Below, piece by piece: positions 35,151-43,756 of a DNA stretch of 64,000 nt. Position 1 is the first letter of the stretch, and every line of letters begins with the position of its first letter. The DNA comes from an uncultured Acidobacteriota bacterium (lineage in GTDB: Bacteria; Acidobacteriota; JAAYUB01): NCBI GenBank assembly GCA_964412195.1, contig CAYPNP010000011.1, positions 63,881-127,880 on the forward strand, in the 5' to 3' direction. The notes below the pieces were generated by a model that was not told the origin of the DNA, did no database searches, and saw nothing but the letters and a program-made list of their open reading frames with translations. The translations under genes and the position numbers were made by a program.

Positions 35151-36242
35151 ATGGCGATTCGTCGATCCGCCCGGTTCGCCCTGATGGTTCTCGCCGGTCT
35201 CGCGCTTGGATCCGCCATCTTCCCCGCGCCGGCCCCGCCGACCGCCCCCGCCGAGCCGGCCGCCCAGGCCGCCGGCATTCCGGCGGACCGGTGCTTCTAC
35301 GCCAGGAGCCTGCACTTCACCAACGCCGGCATCGCTTACTGGTACGCCAAGGATCAGGGCGGCATCGAGCGCATCACCGGCAAGCCGATCGCCGAGACGG
35401 GCTGCCTGTCCGCCAAGTGCCACGTCCGGGATTGCGACACCTGCCACCGGATCAACCGCGACGGCAAGGCCGCCTACACTACCGACCGGCTGCGCCTCCG
35501 GGCCGCCTGCGCGCGCTGCCACCCGGTCGACCCGGCCGACGCCGACGTGCACTTCCGCCGGCAGATGGCCTGCCTCGACTGCCACACCGCCCGGGAGATC
35601 CACGGCGACGGCACCGCCTGGAACACCTACATGCAGCCGGGCGCCCTCGAGACGCGGTGCGAGACCTGCCACGCCCAGGTGGGCCCCAGCCGCAGCCACA
35701 CCGTCCACGGCGACAAGCTCGAGTGCGTGACCTGCCACACCAAAGAGTTCCCCACCTGCTTCAACTGCCACCTCGGCACCCGTTTCGAGAAGCACAAGGA
35801 CGTCCAGATCATGGTCACGGACATGCTCTTCCTGGTCAACCGCGGCGGGCGCGTGACCACCGCCAACTTCCTGTCCTACGTCTACGGCGACAAGACCATG
35901 ATCACCCTCGCCCCCTACTTCCCCCACTCCGTCCAGAAGCAGGGGCGCGCGTGCAACGACTGCCACGGCACGCCGGCGGTGGCGGCGGTGCGTGATGGTA
36001 CCCTGCGCCTGGCCGAGTGGAAGGACGGGAAGCTCGCCCACCCCGCCGGGGTGATCCCGGTGGCCGAGGGCATGGCCTGGAACCTGGTCTTCTTGGACTA
36101 CCACGAGGATAAAGACGGCGCGGAGGGCACCTGGACGCCGCTGGCCCGGCCGGAGAAGCCGCTGGTCAATTTCGCCGGTTGGTGCACGCCCCTGAGCCGC
36201 GAGCAGCTGGGCAAGCTGGAGAAGCCTGTCTCGGGAAAATGA
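35151..36242 (+). CDS. Exported multiheme cytochrome c (7 CxxCH + 1 CX4CH)
   Basis: CLSAKCH, CDTCH, CARCH, CLDCH, CETCH, CVTCH, CFNCH, CNDCH; signal peptide; GGAGG RBS. Confidence 0.9.
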   Translation: MAIRRSARFALMVLAGLALGSAIFPAPAPPTAPAEPAAQAAGIPADRCFYARSLHFTNAGIAYWYAKDQGGIERITGKPIAETGCLSAKCHVRDCDTCHRINRDGKAAYTTDRLRLRAACARCHPVDPADADVHFRRQMACLDCHTAREIHGDGTAWNTYMQPGALETRCETCHAQVGPSRSHTVHGDKLECVTCHTKEFPTCFNCHLGTRFEKHKDVQIMVTDMLFLVNRGGRVTTANFLSYVYGDKTMITLAPYFPHSVQKQGRACNDCHGTPAVAAVRDGTLRLAEWKDGKLAHPAGVIPVAEGMAWNLVFLDYHEDKDGAEGTWTPLARPEKPLVNFAGWCTPLSREQLGKLEKPVSGK

Positions 36243-36296
36243 GGAGCGTGCGATCGGAGACGTCGGCGCCAGTGGCTCGCGACCTCCGGGCGCGTC

Positions 36297-36376
36297 GTAG
36301 CTCGCGACCTCCGGGCGCGTGTCAGACCATGAATTTAAACAAATCCTTTTCTCGCGCCGAGGACGGCGCGAGCTAC
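36297..36376. repeat. REP doublet, inverted relative to 33314-33394
   Basis: GTAGCTCGCGACCTCCGGGCGCGTG ... CTCGCGCCGAGGACGGCGCGAGCTAC, with partial duplications on both sides. Confidence 0.8.
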
Positions 36377-37012
36377 GTCCTATCCGGGGACGGCGCGAAC
36401 TCATGCCCGATTCACCGTCGCATCGTGCGGACAAGATGCTCATGCTCCAGCCGCGGCCCTTCCCGCGACCAATTGAACGACTTGAGCCGACGGCGACGGG
36501 GATCCGAATCCAAAATAATGTATGTCTATTCAATATATCGGATTCCCGCCGATTCCCTTCCCAATCCAGAGAAGAGTGTGCAACTTATTGATAATATATA
36601 GTTCCAGCATCACCCTGTTGGCTGCAAAGGGCTGGCACAGCGGTTGCATATTAACTGAACCGATTGATGATATTTCCAAATCTCCGCTCCAGCCCGAAAG
36701 CGGGATGAATTCTGAAAATCCCCGTGGTACTTGAGTTCATCCCGGAATTCATCCCGCCCGCCCCCCCTTCCGGCCTGTCTGTCACATTCCCATAGTATCA
36801 ATATTTACATACGCAGTACGCTGCATGTAGCGACCGGGATCATTGCCTTTTCGAGCCAGTCCCGCTCCCGCGGGGATCCCTCCCCGCCGGGCGATCGGGA
36901 AAATTGGATGCCCGTCCGGCCATCGGCGATCCCGGCACAGGAGGCTACCATGCCGCATCGCTCAGGAAGAGACCTACGTGTCAATCTATCCATTCTTACC
37001 CGGAGGTGTTTC

Positions 37013-40000
37013 ATGAGTCCCCCGTCCCCCCGCATCCTTACCCTGTCCATCGCCGCCCTCGTCCTCGTCCTGACCGTCCTGGTGTCCGGCCAGGCGGTTC
37101 AAACCACCGGCCGGATCGACGGCACGGTCAAGGATCAGACCGGCGGCGTCATCCCCGGTGTCACCGTGACCCTGACCTCAGCCACCGGCACCAAGACCTC
37201 CGTCTCGGACGACGTCGGCGGATTCGCCTTTCCCTTCCTCATCCCCGGCGCCTACACCCTGAAGGCGGAGCTCGAGAGCTTCAAGACCTTCGAGCAGAAG
37301 GACATCGCCGTCCGCTTGGGCGTGACGACCACCATCCACGTGGTCCTGCAGCCGGGCGAGATCGCCGAGGTGGTCACCGTGACCGGCGAAGCGCCCATGG
37401 TGGACACCACCACCACCACCATCGGCGCCAACCTGACCGAAAGCCTCTACCTCAGGCTGCCCATGCAGCGCAATTTCACCGCCCTCGTCTCCATGGCCCC
37501 GGGCGTGGGCGACAGCGGCGCGCTGGGCGCCAACAACCCGTCCATCGGCGGCGCCTCCGGCTTGGAGAACAACTACATCGTGGACGGCGTCAACATCACC
37601 AATCCCGGCTACGGCTCGGTCGGCTCCTATTCCAGCATCTACGGCTCGCTGGGCAGCGGGGTAACCTTCGACTTCGTCAAGGAGGTCCAGGTCAAGCAGG
37701 GCGGCTTCGAGGCCGAATACGGCCAGAGCACCGGCGGGGTGGTCAACGTCATCACCAAGTCCGGCGGCAACGAGTTCCACGGCGGTGTGTACTTCTACGG
37801 CCAGCCCTCCGGCTGGGAGGCGCGCCGGAAGGAACCCAACGTCTACCGCCAGGAAAAACACACCGAATTCATGCGCAGCGAGAATTTCGATCTGAGCGCC
37901 GACCTGAGCGGCTACCTGTGGCAGGACCGCCTGTTCTTCTACGCCGGCTTCAACCCGCAGTGGATCACCCAGCGGAGCATGGCCCCGGCCGGGCTGGGAC
38001 AGTGGGTCAATCCTGGCGAAGGATTCTTCGACCGGAAGGACACCATCTACAGCTGGTCCGCCAAGGCCAACTATGTCCCCACGGACAACCACAACATCGA
38101 GTTCTCCACTTTCGCCGACCCATCCCGGCGCGACGGCGGGCCGAACCGCACCATGACCTCGGAGGGCGACGACAACTACAGCGCGCTGGCCTACGGCTCC
38201 TGGAACTTCATCGGCCGGTACAACGGCGTACTCAGCAACCGCTGGTTCCTCACCGCGTCACTCGGCCGATCGTACACCCGGTTCGAGGAGCAGATCACCC
38301 ACGTGGACCGGATCGGCTACTGGGACTACATCCACTACCCGAGCCGGCAGCTCATGGGCGGAATCGGTTTCTACGAGAACAACAACGGGGAGAACTGGCA
38401 GTTCAATCTCAAGACCACTTACAACTTCAACGCCCGCGGCGACCACACGCTGGACTTCGGCTACATGTACGAGGACGTCACCTACACGGCCGTGCGTCGC
38501 TACACGGGCCCCATGCTGAGCAACCCCTACGGCGAGACGTATGGCGGCTTCTTCCGCTACCGCTATTACACCGACCCGGAGACGGGCGAGAACTACGATT
38601 GGAACGGGGACGGCGTGATCACCGACGGCGACGCCCTGCTCCAGCAGTACCGCGGCAACTTCAACGACCCGAACCTGGCCACCACCACCACGTACCACTC
38701 GTTCTACATCCAGGACGCCTGGAAGCTGACGCCCCGGATCACCCTCAAGGCCGGCCTGCGGTACGACTACCAGCAGATGGCCGGTGGCGGCGACAACTCG
38801 ATCACCTACGAGTTCAACGGCAACTGGGCGCCCCGCTTCGGCCTGATCTACGACGTGTTCGGAAACGGCAACACCAAGATCTACGGCAACTGGGGCCGGT
38901 TCTACCAGAAGATCCCCAACGACATGGCCGTCCGGGCCTTCAGCTCCGAGATCGGCGTGACCAACGCCTGGTGGAGCATCGCCTATGACGCGGACGGGCG
39001 TCCCATGGCCGACCAGGTGGTGAACGACCAGCTGCCCGGCCACCCCGCCATCACCCGCACCGGCGCCAATCCCACCGAGATCATCCCCGAAACCAAGACC
39101 ATGTACCAGAACGAGTTCGTGCTGGGCTTCGACCACCAGCTCACCCCCACGCTGAGCGTGGGCGCCCGCTACATCTGGCGCGAAGTGGGCCGGATGCTCG
39201 AGGACTGCGGCACCCTGACCATCGGCCAGTACCTGGATGACGACTCCAACTACACTTACGTGATCGCCAATCCCTCGTTCACCAGCGACTTCGTGATCAA
39301 CGACACGGGGGAAGTCGGCTCCGACGGCATCCCCGACGGCTTCGCCGACCCGAAGCGCTCCTACAACGGGCTGGAGCTGACCCTGGAGAAGCGGTTCTCC
39401 CAAGGCTTCCAGTTCCTGGCCAACTACCGGTTGAGCAAGCTGTGGGGCAACTACGAAGGCCTCTTCCGGAACGACAACGGGCAGGACGACGCCAACATCA
39501 CCTCGCTGTACGACTTCCGCAACGACGAGTACAGCGGCTACCTCTACGTGCCGGGCTACCTCAACACCGACCGCCGCCACGTGCTCAACTTCAACGGCTC
39601 CTACACCTTTACCAACCAGTTCACGGTGGGGATGGGCTTCCGCTCCACCAGCGGCAACCCGATCAACCGGCTCAACGCGCACCCGGCCTACGAGAACGCC
39701 GGCGAGATCCCGATCCTGCCGCGCGGGTCTGACGGACGCAACGAATGGATCAACACCATCGACATCCACATGAGCTACCCGATCCGCTTCGGCGACCAGT
39801 ATCGTCTCCGCCTGGCCCTGGACATGTTCAACGTGGCCAACTTCAAGCGGGTGCTGGCGGTCAACGAGGACTACGAGGACGCCCCCGGCGTGCTGAATCC
39901 GGACTTTTTGACGCCCGGATCGGCCAACAATCCCGACACCCCGTTGACGGCGTTCCAGCGGCCGTTCAACCTGCGGTTCTCGCTCCGGTTCGAGTTCTGA
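37013..40000 (+). CDS. TonB-dependent receptor, Oar type with a carboxypeptidase-regulatory-like N-domain
   Basis: GTVKDQTGGVIPGVTV, ENNYIVDGVN, GGVVNVITKSG, C-terminal Phe (RFEF). An alternative in-frame ATG with its own RBS lies at 36950. Confidence 0.95.
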   Translation: MSPPSPRILTLSIAALVLVLTVLVSGQAVQTTGRIDGTVKDQTGGVIPGVTVTLTSATGTKTSVSDDVGGFAFPFLIPGAYTLKAELESFKTFEQKDIAVRLGVTTTIHVVLQPGEIAEVVTVTGEAPMVDTTTTTIGANLTESLYLRLPMQRNFTALVSMAPGVGDSGALGANNPSIGGASGLENNYIVDGVNITNPGYGSVGSYSSIYGSLGSGVTFDFVKEVQVKQGGFEAEYGQSTGGVVNVITKSGGNEFHGGVYFYGQPSGWEARRKEPNVYRQEKHTEFMRSENFDLSADLSGYLWQDRLFFYAGFNPQWITQRSMAPAGLGQWVNPGEGFFDRKDTIYSWSAKANYVPTDNHNIEFSTFADPSRRDGGPNRTMTSEGDDNYSALAYGSWNFIGRYNGVLSNRWFLTASLGRSYTRFEEQITHVDRIGYWDYIHYPSRQLMGGIGFYENNNGENWQFNLKTTYNFNARGDHTLDFGYMYEDVTYTAVRRYTGPMLSNPYGETYGGFFRYRYYTDPETGENYDWNGDGVITDGDALLQQYRGNFNDPNLATTTTYHSFYIQDAWKLTPRITLKAGLRYDYQQMAGGGDNSITYEFNGNWAPRFGLIYDVFGNGNTKIYGNWGRFYQKIPNDMAVRAFSSEIGVTNAWWSIAYDADGRPMADQVVNDQLPGHPAITRTGANPTEIIPETKTMYQNEFVLGFDHQLTPTLSVGARYIWREVGRMLEDCGTLTIGQYLDDDSNYTYVIANPSFTSDFVINDTGEVGSDGIPDGFADPKRSYNGLELTLEKRFSQGFQFLANYRLSKLWGNYEGLFRNDNGQDDANITSLYDFRNDEYSGYLYVPGYLNTDRRHVLNFNGSYTFTNQFTVGMGFRSTSGNPINRLNAHPAYENAGEIPILPRGSDGRNEWINTIDIHMSYPIRFGDQYRLRLALDMFNVANFKRVLAVNEDYEDAPGVLNPDFLTPGSANNPDTPLTAFQRPFNLRFSLRFEF

Positions 40001-40051
40001 GCGGGACCGGTGAATTCAACGCACGTGTCATGGTCATCCCCTGACCTGACG

Positions 40052-40088
40052 GCGGCCCGGTCCACTCCTGAGCCGGGCCGCTCTTTTT
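40052..40088 (+). terminator. Intrinsic terminator after the TonB-dependent receptor
   Basis: gcggcccgg..ccgggccgc followed by tcttttt. Confidence 0.75.
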
Positions 40089-40128
40089 GCCCGCCGGGGA
40101 CAGGGTGGAGCGACACTCGAGGGATGCC

Positions 40129-40509
40129 ATGGGTCTCGAATTCTGCCTGCCGCCGCTCCTGATCGGCCTGACCGTCCTGATCTTCGCCGTCTGCTGGCGG
40201 TTCCCGGGATTCCGGATGCTGTTTGACGACTGGGCCTGCGCCCTGTGCCTCGGCCCTTTCCAGACAGGATGGAGGACGGCCGCCTACATCACGGCCCTGC
40301 TCTACCTGCCTTTTGCTCTGCTGGGCCTGATGTTCGGGAGCGTGTCCGGCTTGAGCGTCGGCCAGCTGCTGGCACACTTCGGCGGCTCGTTCCTGGCCTC
40401 CCTGGCGTTCGGCGTCGTCGCGGCGCTGGCGCGGGTCTGGCGGATCTTCTCGCCGCGCAGCTACCGGCAGGGACTGCGGCGCGCGCTCCATCCGCCTCGC
40501 AAACCATAA
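40129..40509 (+). CDS. Small hypothetical membrane protein
   Basis: Three to four hydrophobic helices; GAGG RBS. Confidence 0.6.
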   Translation: MGLEFCLPPLLIGLTVLIFAVCWRFPGFRMLFDDWACALCLGPFQTGWRTAAYITALLYLPFALLGLMFGSVSGLSVGQLLAHFGGSFLASLAFGVVAALARVWRIFSPRSYRQGLRRALHPPRKP

Positions 40510-40516
40510 CCGATCC

Positions 40517-40694
40517 TTCACCACGAAACACACGAAAAGGCCGAACCTCAATCCACTATCCACGAATCACCAACCACGAACCACACCAACCACGCGATTC
40601 TGAAATTGAAAGTTGCAATTTGAAATTTCAGATCAATCCGAAATCCGCAATCCGCAATTGCTCCACTCCGCATTCCGCATTCCGCACTCCGCAC
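40517..40694. repeat. Composite oligomer array
   Basis: CACGAAA, CCACGAA, TGAAATT, ATCCGCA and CATTCCG modules. Confidence 0.82.
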
Positions 40695-40969
40695 CCAAAA
40701 AAAGTTGTATCTTTCCGAACCTCCCTGTGTTAAGGTGCCATCTTTGTTGCTTCCGGAGTCTCCCGACGGTAGCCCGAAAAATCCTCCGGCCCGCCGTCCA
40801 CCCAGCGAAAGCTCGCGATTCTGGATATAAGCGGCGGCCCGCCGGCACCCCACCGTTTAAACAGCCTCAAATCTGCCGGAACTTTTCAGGGCGCGGCCGG
40901 TCCAAGGCCCCCGCCCTGCGGAGCAGCCCCCGCGCGGGGGACCTGCCCCACCATATTTCAAGGAGTACC

Positions 40970-42592
40970 ATGTCCGTTTCCAACTCGACTGATTGTGCCT
41001 TCCCCACTTTCGCTCCCGCGGCGGAAGCCCCCGCCCCGGCGGCCACCTTCGCCGCCCTCGGTCTGCCGCCCGCCCTGCTGGCGGCCGTCCGCGCCATGGG
41101 CTTCGAGAGCCCCACCCCGATCCAGCAGCGGGCGATCCCGCTGCTCCTGGCCGGCCGCGACCTGATGGCCTCGGCCGCCACCGGCAGCGGCAAGACCGCC
41201 GCCTTCCTCCTGCCGATCCTCCACCGGCTCGCCGGCCGCCCCCGCGGCGGCACCCGGGCGCTGGTTCTGGCCCCGACCCGCGAGCTGGCCGCCCAGATCC
41301 TGGACCACTTCCGCCAACTCTCCGCCGGCACCGGCCTGCGGGCCGCCGCAATCTACGGCGGCGTGGCCATGCAGCCCCAGGTGCAGGCGTTCCGCGCGGG
41401 CACCGACGTGCTGATCGCCACGCCGGGCCGCCTGCTGGACCATTTCCAATACCCCTACGCCAAGCTGGACCAGCTCGAGTGCCTCGTTCTCGACGAGGCC
41501 GACCGGATGCTGGACCTCGGCTTCCTGCCCGACATCCGGCGGGTGCTGCACCACATCCCCCGCAAGCGGCAGACGCTGCTCTTCTCGGCCACCCTGCCGG
41601 AGCCCATCCTGGAGCTGGCCCGGACCATGCTCCACGAGCCGGCCACCCTGCACATCGAACGCCGGCAGGCGCCCGCCCGCGGCATCACCCACCGGGCCTT
41701 CGGCGTCGCGGCGGAGCTGAAGTCGCGCCTGCTGGTGGAAATCCTCCGGCGCGAGAATCCCGGGCGCGTCCTGGCCTTCACCCGAACCCGCCACCGCGCC
41801 AACCGGCTGGCCGATTTCCTGGTGAAGGAAGGCGTCCGCTGCGACCGGATCCACGGGAGCCGCTCGCAGGCCCAGCGCACGGAAGCCCTGGCCCGATTCA
41901 AGCAGGGCCGCTGCCAGGTCCTGGTGGCCACGGACATTGCCGCCCGCGGGATCGACGTGACCGCTCTGGACCTGGTCGTGAACTTCGACGTCCCCGGCGC
42001 TGCCGAGGACTACATCCACCGCTCCGGCCGCACCGCCCGCGCCGAAGCCACCGGCTGCGCCTACACCCTGGTGGCCCCCGACGAGGAGAGCGGCTGGCGC
42101 GCCATCGAGCACGGCATCGGCCGGCGGGTCCCGCGCGAGGCGCTGCCTGATTTCGACTACCGCCAGAAGGTGGAAGGGAAGCTCGAGATTCCGCTGGCCG
42201 AGCGCATCGCCGCCATCCGCACCCGCAAGGCCGAAGAGCGGGCCCGCGCCAAGGCCAAGCTGGAGAGAAAAGCCCAGGCGGCCGCCCAGGGACGCGGAGA
42301 CGGGGGGACGGGGAGACGGGGAGAGCGCAAGCCCGCGCCGCCTCGCCCGGCTGACGCCCAGCCTGAGTTCCCGCCTGAGATGGCGCGGTTCCAAGGCCGC
42401 GGACCCGTGGCGGACCTCACCCTCGGCGGACGGATCGACCCGAAGCCGATCCGCCGGACCGACACCCCGGTGATTCCCGATTGGCGGGGATCCCAGCCGA
42501 TGGCGCGGGGGAATGGTTCCGTCTCGAAGAAATCCGCCGGCCGGCGGCACTCCCATGGCCGGAATTCCGGCCCGGGCCGCCGGGACAGGTAG
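40970..42592 (+). CDS. rhlE: DEAD-box RNA helicase (RhlE-like)
   Basis: Q motif PTPIQ, ATGSGKT, PTRELA, TPGRL, DEAD, SAT, HRSGRTAR; AAGGAG RBS. Confidence 0.93.
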   Translation: MSVSNSTDCAFPTFAPAAEAPAPAATFAALGLPPALLAAVRAMGFESPTPIQQRAIPLLLAGRDLMASAATGSGKTAAFLLPILHRLAGRPRGGTRALVLAPTRELAAQILDHFRQLSAGTGLRAAAIYGGVAMQPQVQAFRAGTDVLIATPGRLLDHFQYPYAKLDQLECLVLDEADRMLDLGFLPDIRRVLHHIPRKRQTLLFSATLPEPILELARTMLHEPATLHIERRQAPARGITHRAFGVAAELKSRLLVEILRRENPGRVLAFTRTRHRANRLADFLVKEGVRCDRIHGSRSQAQRTEALARFKQGRCQVLVATDIAARGIDVTALDLVVNFDVPGAAEDYIHRSGRTARAEATGCAYTLVAPDEESGWRAIEHGIGRRVPREALPDFDYRQKVEGKLEIPLAERIAAIRTRKAEERARAKAKLERKAQAAAQGRGDGGTGRRGERKPAPPRPADAQPEFPPEMARFQGRGPVADLTLGGRIDPKPIRRTDTPVIPDWRGSQPMARGNGSVSKKSAGRRHSHGRNSGPGRRDR

Positions 42593-42599
42593 GCGTGGT

Positions 42600-42627
42600 C
42601 CCGCCGGCCGCCCGGCCGGCGGGTTTC
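42600..42627. terminator. GC-rich hairpin between convergent genes
   Basis: cccgccggcc-gccc-ggccggcggg-tttc. Confidence 0.55.
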
Positions 42628-43408
42628 ACCACTCCGGCTTCTCCTTGTTCAGAAAGCACTGGATGCCGTACTGGCAGGCGGCAGTCGCGCGGCTCTCGAC
42701 ATTCGTGTCGACTGCCAGCGCCAGCCCGTCGCGCAGGCTGCGACCGTCCAGCTCGTTCAACAGCCACTTGGTGGCGGCGACGGCCTCGCCGCTGGTCTCC
42801 TCCGCGATGGTCCGCGCGATTTCGCTGGCCCGCTCCAGCAGCCGCTCGCGGGGAACCACCTCGTTGACCAGGCCCAGTTCCAGCGCCCGGCGGGCGTCGA
42901 TGACCCGGCCCGTCAGGACCAGCTCCCGCGCGGCCACCCCGCCCACCCGCCGGATCAGGAAATTGAGCACGATGGCCGGGACGAAGCCGATCTTCACCTC
43001 GGTGTAGCCGAAGCGGGCCGTCTCCCCGGCGGCCAGCGCCATGTCGCAGACCGTGGCCAGCCCGCAGCCGCCCGCCAGGGCCGGGCCGTTGACCGCGGCG
43101 ATGACCGGCCGCGGGAAGGCGTAGACCGACTGGAACAGGCCGGCGATGGCCTGGCTGTCCCGGATGTTCTCCCGGCGGCCGTACTGGCTGATGGCCTGCA
43201 GGTGGGCCAGGTCGGCGCCGGCGCAGAAGGCGTCGCCCTCGCCGGTCAGGATCACCGCCCGGACCAGTTCCGCCAGCTCCAGCTCCTGGAAGGCGTGGCA
43301 CAGGTCCTCGACCATTTGCGGATTCAAGGCATTGCGCCTCTGCGGCCGGTTCAGCGTGATGACGGCCACGTTGTCGCGCAGCTCGACGCGGATCGTTTCG
43401 TATTTCAT
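42626..43408 (-). CDS. Enoyl-CoA hydratase, methylglutaconyl-CoA hydratase-like
   Basis: TLNRPQRRNAL, AFCAGADL, ALAGGCGL, FGYTEVKIG. Confidence 0.92.
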   Translation of the reverse strand: MKYETIRVELRDNVAVITLNRPQRRNALNPQMVEDLCHAFQELELAELVRAVILTGEGDAFCAGADLAHLQAISQYGRRENIRDSQAIAGLFQSVYAFPRPVIAAVNGPALAGGCGLATVCDMALAAGETARFGYTEVKIGFVPAIVLNFLIRRVGGVAARELVLTGRVIDARRALELGLVNEVVPRERLLERASEIARTIAEETSGEAVAATKWLLNELDGRSLRDGLALAVDTNVESRATAACQYGIQCFLNKEKPEW

Positions 43409-43755
43409 CGCAGCTCCTCCACCGTGAGGCCGTAGGCGGCCGGATCGAAGTCGATCTCGAGGCGCAGCAGCGCCGTGCTGTAGGTCTTGGCCTGGGCGTC
43501 ATGCTTGAGGCTGCGGCTGCCGCCGCCGTCCAGCGAGCGGTGCAGCAGGAAGCTGAGCGCCTCCAGGTTGTCCAGCTCGAACCGCTCCACCTCGCCGAGG
43601 CAGATACCCTCGAAGTGCCTCTTGACCGCGGCAGCGGTGACGAGGGCCTTCAGGACCGGGTAGAAGCGGGGCTGCCGGGCGATGAGGCCGATGGTGGCCG
43701 TGTCGCCCTTCTCCCCGGAGCGGGCATGGGCCAGGTCCAGCAATCGGACGCGCAT
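43405..43755 (-). CDS. AtuA C-terminal-like small protein
   Basis: LAHARSGEKGD..VERFEL..ALSFLL..LDGGG..SLKHDAQAK. Confidence 0.85.
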   Translation of the reverse strand: MRVRLLDLAHARSGEKGDTATIGLIARQPRFYPVLKALVTAAAVKRHFEGICLGEVERFELDNLEALSFLLHRSLDGGGSRSLKHDAQAKTYSTALLRLEIDFDPAAYGLTVEELR

Positions 43756-43756
43756 C

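Noticed and set aside
36834-36935. Cobalamin or TPP riboswitch
   Set aside because: The conserved boxes are not recognisable. Kept only as a generic structured-leader candidate.
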